A DNA stretch of 64,000 nucleotides from Amphiscolops sp. MND2022 (GCA_964187785.1 OZ076412.1:69254001-69318000), one strand, 5' to 3'; positions 35,401 to 47,168 are shown, counted from the first letter of the stretch. The notes: generated by a model from the letters alone, not told the origin. A program made the numbers and translations.

Positions 35401-38400
35401 ATTCTTTTCAATTGGGATTTAATTTGTTGGATGTGCAATTTTGAAATCTGGTGTTGCGATATCTGAATTAAAAGTTTCGTTTCATTTAAATTCATTGCTA
35501 GTCATGCTATTCATGTCATGCAGCCAATCAAAATTAAACACGTCTTATGCTAGCTTGCTTACGTTTTTGTTCATGCTTATTTCCATTGTGTTTGATTTCC
35601 TAAAGTCTGTTCAATTCCAACTTTAAATTCAAACTTTCATACAAAGCTCTCCCAACTATTATCACAGCAACATTTGGTGCCGTGTCGCCCGGGAAACTCA
35701 GGAAGAAAGATGACTGATTCCCTCTTGCGTTCAAGAAGTGGCCACGGGGGTACAATCACTCGAATGGAGAATGCTATGAAGCCGATTTTAGACAAAAATA
35801 ATCGACAATTAGCAAACTAGAACTTTCGAAACTTCAATATGCTCTTGAGAAAAGCAAATCTCAACAGGAAAAAAAAACGAGACACTTAATGAGCAGATTG
35901 TCGATGCCCTGGCAACAACTCAAACGTCGCCAGAAGATATTCAATCAAATACAAGAGAAAATCGACGATAACGACTTGCGGATCGGTAGCTTCATACTAG
36001 CTTTGGAACAGTGTATTCGGGACGTGCACAGAAGCGCTGAAGAAGCTAGGCAGGCAGCTATTGAACCCGAAGTTCAACCAACGACTGAAACATCACGTCA
36101 ATCTTCAAATTTGAAACTGCCGAAGATTTCTCTTCCTACCTTCTCCGGAAATTATAGAGAATGGGTGCCATTTATCGATCTCTTCCGCAGCACAGTGGAC
36201 TACAAATAGATCGCTCAGTGACATCCAGAAGCTGCAGTACTTGAAAACGTCGCTCAAGGACGAACCTTTACGACTACTTTCTCACTGCCTGCCACAAATG
36301 CAAATGATCAGGTTGCCGTGCAACTCCTAACTGATAGATACGAAAACAAGCGTGTGATTGCTCATGCTCATCTTAAAGCCATTTTCGAGTTCAAGCCCAT
36401 GAGAAGTGAATCAGCCGATCAGCTACGCAAAATAGTGAGCGTTCATGTTGAAAACACCATGGCTCTTGAGGCTATGGTGTTAGATGTGGGTTCTGCATAT
36501 TACATCTGGGTATATCACATCGCAAACAAACTCGACACTGAAAATAGACGACAATGGGAGCTTAACACAGCTGGCAATGGCTTCCAGACAATGGAATCCC
36601 TGAAGCAATTCCTCGAGGAGCGCGCTAGATCATTAGACTTTTCATCTTCAAAGGATAGTTCCGAGGTCTTCCGTCACGTCAAAGGTGACAAGAAACAAAC
36701 ACAACAGATTTATTACTCGCAGTCAGAGGCGTCACAAGCATGCCCAAAATGTGGACCTCAGCACAGCATCTACTGCGACGCATTCCGAGCCTTAAACCTC
36801 GATGGTAAGTTGGAATCTGTCAAAAACAAGCGGTTATGCTTCAATTGTCTCAAGCCCGAAAAGACTGTAAGTCGAAAAGTACTTGTCGTACTTGCAAAAA
36901 ACGACACCAAACGCTGCTCCATAGACAACCAGTCCAAGCACAGTCGGAGGTAGCGACCCAATCGTGTTTGGGTCACAAGGGAGCCACTTCGTTACAGACA
37001 GCATTGCTTCCTACCACGATAGTTCAAGTGAAAACGGGCTCCAACACAAACCCATTCGGGCGCTCCTAGATAGCGGTTCCCAGATCACATGCATCACAAG
37101 CAATTGTAGGGATCGCTTTGGCTTGAAATCCAGTCAGGCTGATATTTAAATATCTGTCATTGGTGGGAAATTTTCAGCAAAATCAGGATCAGTCGTAAAT
37201 TTGCAGCTAATTCCGCCATTCCAAGATGCGATCACAATAACAGCTGTTCTACTTGATCGCGTAGCAAAGCAGCTACCAAGTTACCCAGTTCAGGAAGTTG
37301 ATTTTGGTGCTTTCAAAGGATTGCAGTGGGCAGACCCAAACTTTGCTACACCAGAAGAAATCGGTATGATCTTGGGATGTGACGTGTTTGAAAAAGTTGT
37401 CGGAACTGAAAAGCGAACTCTTACCAAGCAATTGTTCGCCTGCAACACGGCATTCGGCTGGATTATATCTGGAGTAGTGCCAGAAAAAACGATATCACAA
37501 TTCAGACATTGCATGTGAGTTTAGACAATCAATTGACAAAATTTCGGGATAGAGGAAGATCCCCAAGTGAAGCATCTCACTCCTGAAGAAGCATGCGAGC
37601 AGCATTTCATCGAGAATACAGAATTGATCGACAACCGGTTCATGGTTCGACTTCCTTTCAAGAAGTCAGTCAATCTGGGCGACAGCCTGGATCAAGCAAC
37701 CAGGACATTTCAATATCTAGAGAAACGCCTCAATTCAAACCCCGATCTACGTCGCAGATATCAAGAAATCTTGAAATTAGAACATGGAAGAAATTCCCAC
37801 GGATCAAAAAGGTTGTCCAGCAAACAAGTGTTACTACCTTCCGCATCATTGCGTTTTCAAGGAAGATTCTACGTCCACCAAACTCAGGGTAGTTTTCGAC
37901 GGATCGGCGAAAACTACAACAGGTGTTTCAATCAATGACGCGCTCATGGTAGGACCAGTCGTGCAAGGTGATTCATTCTCCATCATAAATCGGTTCCGAT
38001 TCTTCAAGATTGCTCTTCAAGTGGACATTGAGAAAAGGTACCGACAATTCGGATTGAAGGCTGAGGATCGAAGAGACGAGTCTACTTCTGAACTGAAACA
38101 CCTGCGAATGTTACGAGTTATTTATGGAGTGTCCTGCTAAGCGCACTTGTCAACCAGATTCCTTCCGGAAATTGCAAAAAAACTCCACTTCCTCATGTCG
38201 CTGCTGCCTTAAAGCATGAATTTTATGTGGATGATTTCCTTGCGGGCGGATTCAAAAGAATCAGCGCAAAAACTGATCAAGAATCTGCGTGGAGAATTGA
38301 ACAAACATGGTTTTCCTTTCCGCAAATAGGCGTCAAGTGATTCGGACTTGATTAGAAACATGTCGAATGATCTTCGCGCTGAAAATGATGACTTGAAATT

Positions 38401-41400
38401 GTTCTCTGAAGATTACAATGTCAACCCTTCGGCATATCATGGAAACCCAATAAGACATCATTGTATTTAAATGTGACCTGGATCATATTGATTCGCTCAC
38501 CAAGCGCAGCTTCTTGTCAGCTATCTCAAAACTATTCGACCCCTTGGGCTGGCTTGCACCTGTTGTCATTCTCTTCATAGTCCTTATGCAGCTAACTTGG
38601 TGCGGGGTCTTGGCTGGGACGAATCGTTTCCAAAGGATATTGAAACTATATGGACAGAGCTGAGCTCGGATCTTCCTGCCATTCGCAGTATGCAAATTGC
38701 TAGGCCAGTTGTTACCGGTAAGATGGCTGATCTCCAAATTCATGCCTTTGCTGATGCACCCGAGAAGGTATACGCAGCTGTGATTTTTTCGCGAGTCACA
38801 GATACACTTGGCAACGTTTCAGTATCCATACTGGCTTCGATGACACGGGTAGCGCCGGCAAAAACTGTATCCCTGTCTAGACTTGAGCTGTGCGGAGCAG
38901 AACTCTCATCAAAGTTAGCATCCACTTTCATCAAGATCTTGGATGTGACCGAAATTCACTCATCTCTTCATGCTTGGACGGATTCAACAATCGTCCTGCA
39001 TTGGCTCTCTCAGCTACCCAAAACTTGGACCACATTCGTTGCAAATCGGGTTTCAGCCATTCAAGCAGTACTTCCTCGCTCACGTTGGAAACATGTTCCC
39101 TCGGCTGATAATCCAGCAGACTTAGCTTCCCGTGGTTGCAAGGCCATGCAACTGTCTCAAACGGAACTCTGGTGGAATGGACCGAAGTGGCTAGCTGAGA
39201 CATCGGAAAAATCGCCACACAGTTTCATCGACAAAGATGTGATAGACGATCTACCGGAAAAATGTCTAAAGCTTCAATCTCTACATGTCGTTTCCATGAC
39301 TCCTAATTATCAGACGAAAAACGAACTTTCCAAACTGGTTGATTTCAAAGCATACAGTAGCTTAAAGAAGTTGATTAGAATTCTGGCATATGTACTTCAC
39401 TTCATCAAGCGAGCGAGGAAAGAAGGAGAATCCGATGATCCACTTCAGCCAGAGAATTTGAAATGGAGACAACGAAATCAAGAAAGTTTATATTGCTTTA
39501 TTCATATGTGTGAGTACCAAAGCTATTCACATGTAGTTGGTTTCGAGCCTAATCAAAGATGACTGCATCTTAGCTCTACGCAGGTTCATTGCTCGACGTG
39601 GGATGCCAGCACGGAGCATAACTGACAATGGAACCAACTTTTTTGGGAGCCAGACGTGATCTAAAACTAAGGGTACTTTTGGAGAAGAATGACAGAGAAC
39701 TCAATCATTACCTTCATTCACCAAGGAGCTTGCGAATGGCTCACAATACCTCCCAGAGCCCCACATTTTTGTGGGATATAGAAGGCTGCAATTAAATCAA
39801 TGAAGCGACACCTGCGACGGGTTTTCGCGTTGCAGATCTTGTCATATGAAGAGTTCCTTAGTGCTCAATCAAATAGAGGCTATACTCAATTAGAGGCCTC
39901 TGTTCCGGCTCACAAATGATCCAAATGACACAGTAGCGCTAACGCCTGCACATTTTCTGATCGCAGACACAGTGCATGCGATGCCCGGAAGAGACACGAT
40001 CTAGATGAATGTCAGTACAAGATTCAAATTGATCCAGAATATACGAGAGGATTTTTGGATTACCTCACAGAGCTCGAGATTCGACGAAAGTGGTTTCTCA
40101 ATGGCTCAGAGTATCGCGTGTGTGACCTAGTACTCGCGTGGGTGACCTACTACTAATCGCCGAAGACAATGAGGTGCCTCTTCAATGGAAAACCGGCAGA
40201 ATTATCGACGATTTTCTGAGGGTTTGTAAAGTGAAGACTTCCTCCTCGACATTCATCAGGCCAATAGTCAAACTGCACAAGCTTCCAATTGATGTGAATA
40301 CATCAGATGGCCTTCCGCCCACACGAGAGATGAAAAGGTGGACAAAAACGACGAATAATCAATTTCTTCAATTTTGGGAGCAAACAAAGTGGCTCCCTTG
40401 TGACCGAAAAGGAAATTTGGGCAGAATTTTTGTACCAGCGAATGCGTAATTGGGTGGTACAGCTAGATTTACTCCTTTGATTCCTTCTAATCATTTTTCT
40501 GGTTTACTCTTGAAAAATTGCGCGAAATCTTCAATTTTACCATTTTCCGAATTTTATTCAAAGTGGCTCCCTAGTGACCGCCCTCAATATTGGACCTCTA
40601 CTTTGCTCTCATACGTTTACATACACTCTGTTGCTTACACTGATGCTTTATCGCCACTTCAAGGTGGCTGGATACCACCCTCAGCACTCAGAGTTATAAT
40701 GGCATGCGCCCAGCCGTACGGCATGTACAGCGTCTTTGACTCGTCGAGGACGCCGAAGATGATCTGCGACTTATGCCTTGAATACATGGACCGCAGAACT
40801 CCCACAGCGCTGGTGAACCCCCCTTCTGAGTCGTTGTCGCCGCTCCAGCAGTGCCCCTGTGTTGCTGGGGTGGCACAACATGCAAAGCTTACTTACCCTT
40901 GAGACACAACAAGGAATCAGCTTCATCTCTCAGGTCATAATGGAAGGCCCTAAAGGAGGACCGTTCCACTTGAATGACCCGAGCAGGGTGATGAACTGCG
41001 CTGGGCCACTCCGCTGATGCCTGAGCCGATCGAAGCATCATATCCCTCCTCGTCCTGCTTTGGTGTTCTGGCAGTTTCTGTCTCCCTACCCCCTCGTGAA
41101 CAGAGATGCCTCACTGCCCATCGAATCAATGACCTTCAGGGACTGCAACTCTGCCTGTAACCCAGAGTCATTATTGAATTTATGAATACAACGACAATGA
41201 CAAGGAAGAGACCAAAATATGCAATGAAGATACTCTAAGCAAATATTTTAGTTGTTAACTTAACATGGGACGAGGAGGAAAAGTGATGAGCTGCCTTTCC
41301 ACCAATGCTGGGCCATTCCTGTTCCTCTGCACCTCCGCTGGAGTCCGGCATGGAAGAGGCTTGAGACCAAGCCTGCCGCTCACGACCTCCCAAAATTTCC

Positions 41401-42488
41401 TCCAGCGGCACCCCAGGCTGACTTCGAGGCGCATCTCGCAAGACGCCGTATGGTGGCTTCCGAGGTGCCCTTGCACTTCGCCGCCTGCTTTCCTCCTCTT
41501 GGGTCTTCGCCGCAACGGTCAAATGATTATACTCATCGGACATGCTTCTCTGAAAGATTGAAGAACTCGTGAACTTCAAGCTGGGCGGAATGTTGCGATA
41601 TCTGAATTGAAAGTTTCGTTTCATTCAAATTTATTGCTAGCCATGCTATTCATGTCATGCAGCCAATCAAAATTAGACACGTCTTATGCTAGCTTGCTTA
41701 CGTTTTTGTTCATGTTTATTTCCATTGTGTTTGATTTCCTAAAGTCTGTTTATTTCCAACTTTAAATTCAAACTTTCATACAAAGCTCTCCCAACTATTA
41801 TCACAGCAACACTGGCATTGGCAGTGAATTATTACTCGCTTTGAACACCTTTAGTTAGGTTTAATAGGACCTGGGGAAATTAGTTCGAAACTCCAATTTT
41901 CTAGTTCAACTCTCACGTGTGTTTCAGGTGGTGGGACCAATGATTTTATTGGCCTCTTGTATTTTGCATTGGCGCATTCAGCACGCCCGAGATATAACCC
42001 CAGAGTCACTGAAGCTGTTCACTTTGTTGCACCCCAAACCTGACATTGTGGTGTTAGGCACTGGTGATGAAATTGTGCCGCTCTCACACGAATGTCGCGA
42101 ACTTCTACGCAAGCACAGAATTGCAGTCGAGGTTCAAAAAACAGAGAACGCAGTGGCCACGTATAATTTTTTGTCTGTGGAGGATCGAATAGTTGTGGGA
42201 GCATTTTGTTTGGTTACACGGGAAGCTGTTTTGAAGAAAATGATGGCATCGGATCTATACGACGAAAATGAACCCTATGCCACAGAATCAGAGTCAACCG
42301 ATTCGGCAAATTTTTCACAATCATCGGAGACAGAAACGTCGGAAAACGACGGTGGTCACACTGAAGAAAATATTGAGCATCGACATACCGAGGCAAGCTC
42401 TGTGGAAGCACAGAAGTCAGATGACAACAAAAAGACAAAAAAGAGACAGAATGTTTCTGGCAGAATTATTGACAGTAATAAAGAATAG
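32445..42488 (+). CDS. NDUFAF3: Complex I assembly factor 3 (Mth938/DUF498 domain), 2 coding exons separated by a 9.1-kb TE-filled intron
   Basis: Exon 1 (32445-32780) has an Arg-rich presequence and ELYDKSYITFLKKE...ITSFSNHGFKLND, with donor gtgagt. Exon 2 (41928-42488) has VVGPMILL...DITPESL...PKPDIVVLGTG...AVEVQKTENAVATYNFL and an acidic tail. Phase-0 join. Confidence 0.92.
33162..35152 (+). mobile_element. HINE family 4 composite, paralogue of 22277-23559, interrupted by a family 3 insertion
   Basis: Same cacttgcgataagcaagtg start and an identical tRNA-like cassette. 3' ends at 34886 and 35152. Confidence 0.75.
33473..34340 (+). mobile_element. HINE family 3 with ~172-bp internal tandem units, nested in a T-run of family 4
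   Basis: subTIRs AGGAGTCGG (33478) / CCGACTCCT (34308), hairpin CCGCATATGCGG, end CTCTGGTTT. Removing it restores caattttt-gatatcttgcaacag, as in the 22-kb paralogue. Confidence 0.8.
35452..35672 (+). repeat. 5' LTR
   Basis: Differs from the 3' LTR (41591-41811) at 8 of 221 positions by manual comparison (~3.6%). Confidence 0.95.
35675..35684 (+). promoter_or_regulatory. Primer-binding site complementary to the 3' end of tRNA-His
   Basis: TGGTGCCGTG immediately after the 5' LTR. Eukaryotic tRNA-His ends ...CACGGCA-CCA. Confidence 0.75.
35710..40300 (+). pseudogene. Gag-pol polyprotein with many stops and frameshifts; integrase N-terminus deleted
   Basis: LKLPKISLPTFSG (gag), CFNCL/CRTCKKRH knuckles, ALLDSGSQ protease, YYLPHHCV...KLRVVFDGS and YVDDF RT, HAFADA...WTDSTIVLHW RNase H, RRFIARRG...TDNGTNF integrase core. 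No HHCC finger or first catalytic Asp seen near 39470. Confidence 0.92.
40659..41154 (-). pseudogene. Decayed JmjC-domain (2OG/Fe(II) dioxygenase) coding region inside the retrotransposon, antisense to gag-pol
   Basis: The minus strand reads VIQVERSSFRAFHYDLRDEADSLLCLKGK*ALHVVPP, then after a 1-nt frameshift ...IIFGVLDESKTLYMPYGWAHAIITLS. HxD at 40942-40934, distal His at 40706-40704. Confidence 0.75.
41591..41811 (+). repeat. 3' LTR
   Basis: Near-identical to 35452-35672; preceded by purine-rich gggcggaa and followed by TSD ctgg. Confidence 0.95.
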
Positions 42489-42720
42489 AAATGAAGATTT
42501 TAAAAATCATTTTGATGACATCATAGTTATTTTTGTTATATGATAATTATTTCTGCAGATGAGGTTTATGATTTGCGCTTTGTGACCAATTTTAATTTTA
42601 GGAGAGAAAACGATTTTAGTTATTTGATATTTTGACTTTCAGATCAGTTGTGCTTGAGTGTTTTCAGCACTTTGTTCATCCGTGAAATATTCAAAATCAA
42701 TTGTAAAGAACTCGACCAAA

Positions 42721-44479
42721 ATGCCCAGACGATCAGGAGGGGGTGGTGGAGGCGGGAGAAGGCCCATGTTTGGAGGAGGGGCGTCATCGAAACCTACTTT
42801 ACCAGCAAGTTCGTTACTTCTGTTATCTCGTTGACTTTGCTTTACAAAATTTTGTCCATGTCGAAACAATTACTTTGGCGAAACTTAAGTTTTTGGATAC
42901 TTTATTCAGGTTGATCATTTGGTTGATGCATTAAATTATCTTAGATATTTTAGTACCAAAAATTGAGATTTTTCCCTAAAGAATGAGAAAATCAGCATGT
43001 TTAGACGAAAGATGTCTCATGTTTCTTTAGATAAGCCTAGAAGTTCAGTATTATACTGGATGTTGTCCAGCAAAATTCAGTCAACTAAAGGTTTTTGAAT
43101 AGATTGGAAAATTTCCTCGTTCTGATGATTACCGAGTTTTGCACCTTTGATGAAAACATTCACATAAATAAAAGCAGATTCCGAATAACAGCATTGGCGA
43201 GGTTTGAAATACTGATTTGGGTATCATACGAGATTCATGTTTGGACTGAATGTTTTCAGCTCGTCCATCCAGTTCAGTTGCTGCCAGTTCTAAGCCCACG
43301 GGAGTTGCCCAGCCTGCTCCCGGAGGGGGATTCCTCAGTAACATTGCATCCACGGCCGCAGGAGTGGCTATTGGACACACTGTGGGCCATGCCATCACTG
43401 GTTAGTCTGAACTATTGCCCTATTCAACTGAGTATCGAATTCATGTAGCGGAATCATAGAGCAGTAAATATTGATAGTTGTACCTCAGTGTTCTGTATTC
43501 TTGCTTATCGTTGGTATTATAAATGCCAGTTTAAACAAGCCGGGACAGGCCCAAGTCGGCGGCATATCTAAGGTTCAAAAATAGCAAAAGGACTTCAAAG
43601 TGTCAAAGTATTCTCTTCTACAGCAGCCGAATTTTTTTTGAAAAATCTCACAATGCCGAAAAAAATTGAAAGGGTGACCCTTTGGGGTTTTTCAACATTC
43701 ATTCTGTCGCAAAACTCCAGAAAATGAAGTGACCCTTTGGGGAACAAAATTTCCGAAAAAAGTCTCGCAATGCCGAAAAAAAACTGAGAGGGGACCCTTT
43801 GGTCTCGTCCCGTATTGTATGTTACGCGGGAAACCTTTTTGGTTCAGTTCCCTGGGCCAACAGGTGCAATTTAAAATTTTGCAGAACTTTTGGTAGAACT
43901 ATTTTGGTCACTTCAGGTGTATCGAAAAAAAATGAAAAAAGACTGACGAAAAGCCATGACTATAGTCGGCTTTTTTCAAGAAAAGCGCCGACCAAAATGC
44001 AAAGGAAAAAAATTCCGGACTGGTGAATGGTTTGTTCCTATTTGCAATTAGTATTGAATAAGCTCTTTTTTGGTATCTAATCATGGGTCCCGATGAAAAT
44101 ACATGCTGATAAAAACTAAAAACCGGATGTGTGAAGTTGTGATTAACAAACTTCGAATTGAGCGGTGGAGGAATAGACAACAAAGGGACAAACTGTTTGC
44201 GGAAGCTCGAAAAATGTATCTTATATCATTTCAGAACCCCACACAGTACAACAATGTTTTGATTTGTTTCCATTCACTCTAGGGGGCTTGTCTGGATCTG
44301 GCGGACACCCAGCCACCGAGGGAGCAGACATGGGAAACCAACAACAACAACAGATGCCCGCTTGCCAGTTCGAGTTACAGCAGTTCATTGACTGTTCTAA
44401 CAATCAACGAGACTTGACCCTCTGTACTGCCTTCAATGACATCTACAAACAGTGCAAGTTGCAGAATGGATTACAGTGA
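42721..44479 (+). CDS. CHCHD2: CHCHD2/CHCHD10-like mitochondrial twin-CX9C protein, 3 exons
   Basis: Exons 42721-42808, 43260-43400, 44283-44479. MPRRSGG start, IASTAAGVAIGHTVGHAITG helix, and CQFELQQFIDC...CTAFNDIYKQC. Confidence 0.92.
43533..43997 (-). mobile_element. HINE family 1 (GCCG-hairpin subfamily) in CHCHD2 intron 2
   Basis: Runs from aaacaagccgggacaggcccaagtcggc to aaaagcgccgaccaaaa. Confidence 0.8.
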
Positions 44480-45391
44480 TTGCCAGCGCCTGGCAATTCT
44501 TCCAAGCATTTTTGTATTGGTTCGACTCACCGAGACAATTTGATCTGGTGACTTTATTCTTGTACTCAAACTTTTATCTGGAAAAATACAAATTATCTTG
44601 ATGGTAATAAAATTTGAGTTATGCCTTATGAGTGTTTTCAAATAACTGAAATCCAGCATCTCTTCTAAGTTCTTTGTTGAAGAGGCATTAAAGGAAGTGA
44701 AGTACATATATTTTTGAATTGCCATATTGGATTTCTATATGCATATTTGCATGAGCTACAGTAGTTTTCAGATCTATTGTCAGAGACTTTTGTGCAGTTC
44801 AAAGTATTCCGATAATTGCTTTGTCCAGAAAATTGATACCAGACAATGTCTGATTTTTTTCAAGAGGCGCATTAGCAGAATATGTATTAGCAAACTAATA
44901 CGGAAATATCGGAGTTCATCGTACGTTTTTTTATCGGATCGTGGCTATTCTTGTATAAACGTAACCTGAACATTGTTTGGACATTATTGTGTAAACCGCA
45001 TTTCTTATTACAATTGTAATAAACGCTCAACAGTCCAAATTCAGCGTCTAAATTTGACAGAAATTAATTTTAAAGCCATTTTGAAACGCCATTACAATCC
45101 ATGTAAAAATCAAGCAAGCTGTTTGGATTCAAGAGGCTCCTAAACTTTCATTATCCACTCAAGTTCAAAACTTTCTAAAAAATCTTCAAAGTGTTGATAA
45201 TTACATTCTTCTCTGATAATTGATTTGCCGTTTTCGTATTGTTCTGTGCATTTCCGATTATCGTGAGATACAAAAGTGGAACTTAGATGGAGTTGTTATG
45301 TTCGTTCAGTCGATAGATGTAATCCCTCGAGAAAGTTACACTGATTGTTAGAATACGACTTCGAAACTATTTTCAGATCATTCTGACAAAA

Positions 45392-45811
45392 ATGAGTCAC
45401 AGCGACCGTGGTATCCAAGATGAATTGAAGTACACAGGATGGGTGAAGAATAACCCCGCGTGGTTGAAATATCCATGCAAGCAAGAAATGGATAATTATA
45501 TTGCATGTAAGTTAAATATATTTCACTCAAAACGCCGTCCTATTCCCTATTCATCTTTTGATAATTAACAAATCCTGACGCTTTCTCATCAGGATTGTGT
45601 CAGAAATTGCATCAGAAATTGGCGTCGGTCATATAGTACTGTGCCAAATATTTGAAAAACCATGTTTACCTTTTTTTTACCTTGTTTTACCTTTGCAGGT
45701 CTTGCGGAGACACATCAGGACCATATAGCCACTAAATGCAAACCTGTAGCTTTCATCCACAAACAGTGTAAGGAAAAACACGGAGTTGCCAGAGATGCTG
45801 AGATCAGATGA
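45392..45811 (+). CDS. Uncharacterised 75-aa twin-CX9C (CHCH-like) protein, 2 exons
   Basis: Exons 45392-45506 (donor gtaagt) and 45699-45811 (acceptor ctttgcag) join in phase to give MSHSDRGIQDELKYTGWVKNNPAWLKYPCKQEMDNYIACLAETHQDHIATKCKPVAFIHKQCKEKHGVARDAEIR. Confidence 0.7.
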
Positions 45812-46139
45812 TGACGTCATATTAGCACCTCAAATCATGCCAGAAACTGAAACGACATATTTTTTGGAAACTTCATTTATTATGATAATGTTTTATTGAT
45901 AAATTTAGAAAATCTTGCACCTAATTTTTTAGACAAAGCTGAAGACTGAGTATATTCACTATGCTGATATTTAAGCAAACTAGTTTGAGCGTACCAATAG
46001 AGAACAAAGAAATCTCATCGGCTGAAGCATGATGTCTGAAAAGTTGACTTTATAGGAGGATAGACTATTCAAACAACTTTTGACCTTTCCACTAAGATGC
46101 AATCACCAAAGAAAAGTCCCTATTTCTAGTCGACGCTCC

Positions 46140-47168
46140 ATGGAGTGAAACACGACTTTGATATATTTTTTTCAATCCACACGAACTGACCAAAATAGTT
46201 CAAGCTCTACAAAATTTTAAGTAGCCAAATTGTACCATTTGGCCCAGAGAACTGAACTATAATAGTTGTTCCTTTTTTACCGTAATACAAAACCGGACGA
46301 GACTGAAGGGTACCCCCTTTCAGTATTTTCGGCTCTGAGACTTTAAAAAAAATTTTAAATGCCTCCAAAGAGTCCCCTTCATTTTTTTTGATATTTTGCA
46401 ACAGAATCGATGTTGAAAGAGCCCAAAGGGTCCTCGTCTCCCTTTTACCTTTTTCGGCACTATGAGACTGTTCAAAATTCTCGTTTTTCGTCTGATATTA
46501 AATATTCTCAATACTTATCCATCAAAATCAAAATTTTTCAAAAGAAAGCGCACCTTGCCGAAAAAACCGTAGTAGGTCATTTCCAGAAACTTCGAAAAAC
46601 TCTCATCCGTTGCACAGGACCAATGAAAATCAAAGAGGTCATCCTTAAGTCTCAGAAAACGGCTTTCTTTTCCAGAAAACCTCAAAAAAATTAAATTGTG
46701 AAAAAAATTCGTAATTTTCTAAAAACCAGAAGGGGGTAATTCGGTTGAAAAAACGGATGGAAAAAATTGCATAATGCCGAAAAAGCCCAAAGTGAGAAAC
46801 CTTTGGTCTTCCCTCGACGTTTGAAAGCATTTTAAAAATTAAGTGCGAGACGCGAACCCACGTACCCCTGCCTCTCAGACCTCGTCACCTGAACAGGAAA
46901 TCCGCGTTAACGCTGGGCCAAGTGACAAGGAAGCTTACTTGAATATACTAATTTATAGAATCGCTCATAGAAATCGGTCTGTTGGCGGGTCTTCAAAAAA
47001 GCCACTGCTTTAGTTGTTCTTTTGGAAAAGCGCTGACTAAAAACGAAATTTGTTCCCTAGTGCTTGTTCAAGCCATCCAACATAAAAAAGCGTCCTTAGC
47101 ATAGTTTTAAAACTTTGCGCTTTTTGAACCTTGGATATGGCGCCGACTTGAAACGTTCCCGTCTTGTC
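46140..47168. mobile_element. Composite of HINE family 1 pieces in both orientations
   Basis: + core at ~46170-46560; - copy with a tRNA-like cassette (46850-46925) ending aaagcgctgactaaaa (~47043); + 3' end ggcgccgacttgaaacgttcccgtcttgt at ~47168. Confidence 0.65.

Larger units (their letters stand above)
35452..41811 (+). mobile_element. Full-length but decayed BEL/Pao LTR retrotransposon (6360 bp) in the NDUFAF3 intron
   Basis: 221-bp LTRs (TGTTGC...GCAACA), 4-bp TSD CTGG, PBS, and gag-PR-RT-RH-IN domain order with BEL/Pao signature motifs. Confidence 0.95.

Noticed and set aside
40865-40896. 32-nt GTAAGT...CCCCAG intron that would bypass both the stop and the frameshift in the JmjC frame
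   Set aside because: It is very short and would delete the GK(K)xxxxxPP segment that matches JmjC, so decay is the better explanation. It cannot be fully excluded without RNA data.
40450-40902. 150-aa plus-strand ORF as an env-like gene of the retrotransposon
   Set aside because: No signal peptide, TM helix or fusion motif; it is the antisense shadow of the JmjC-like frame.
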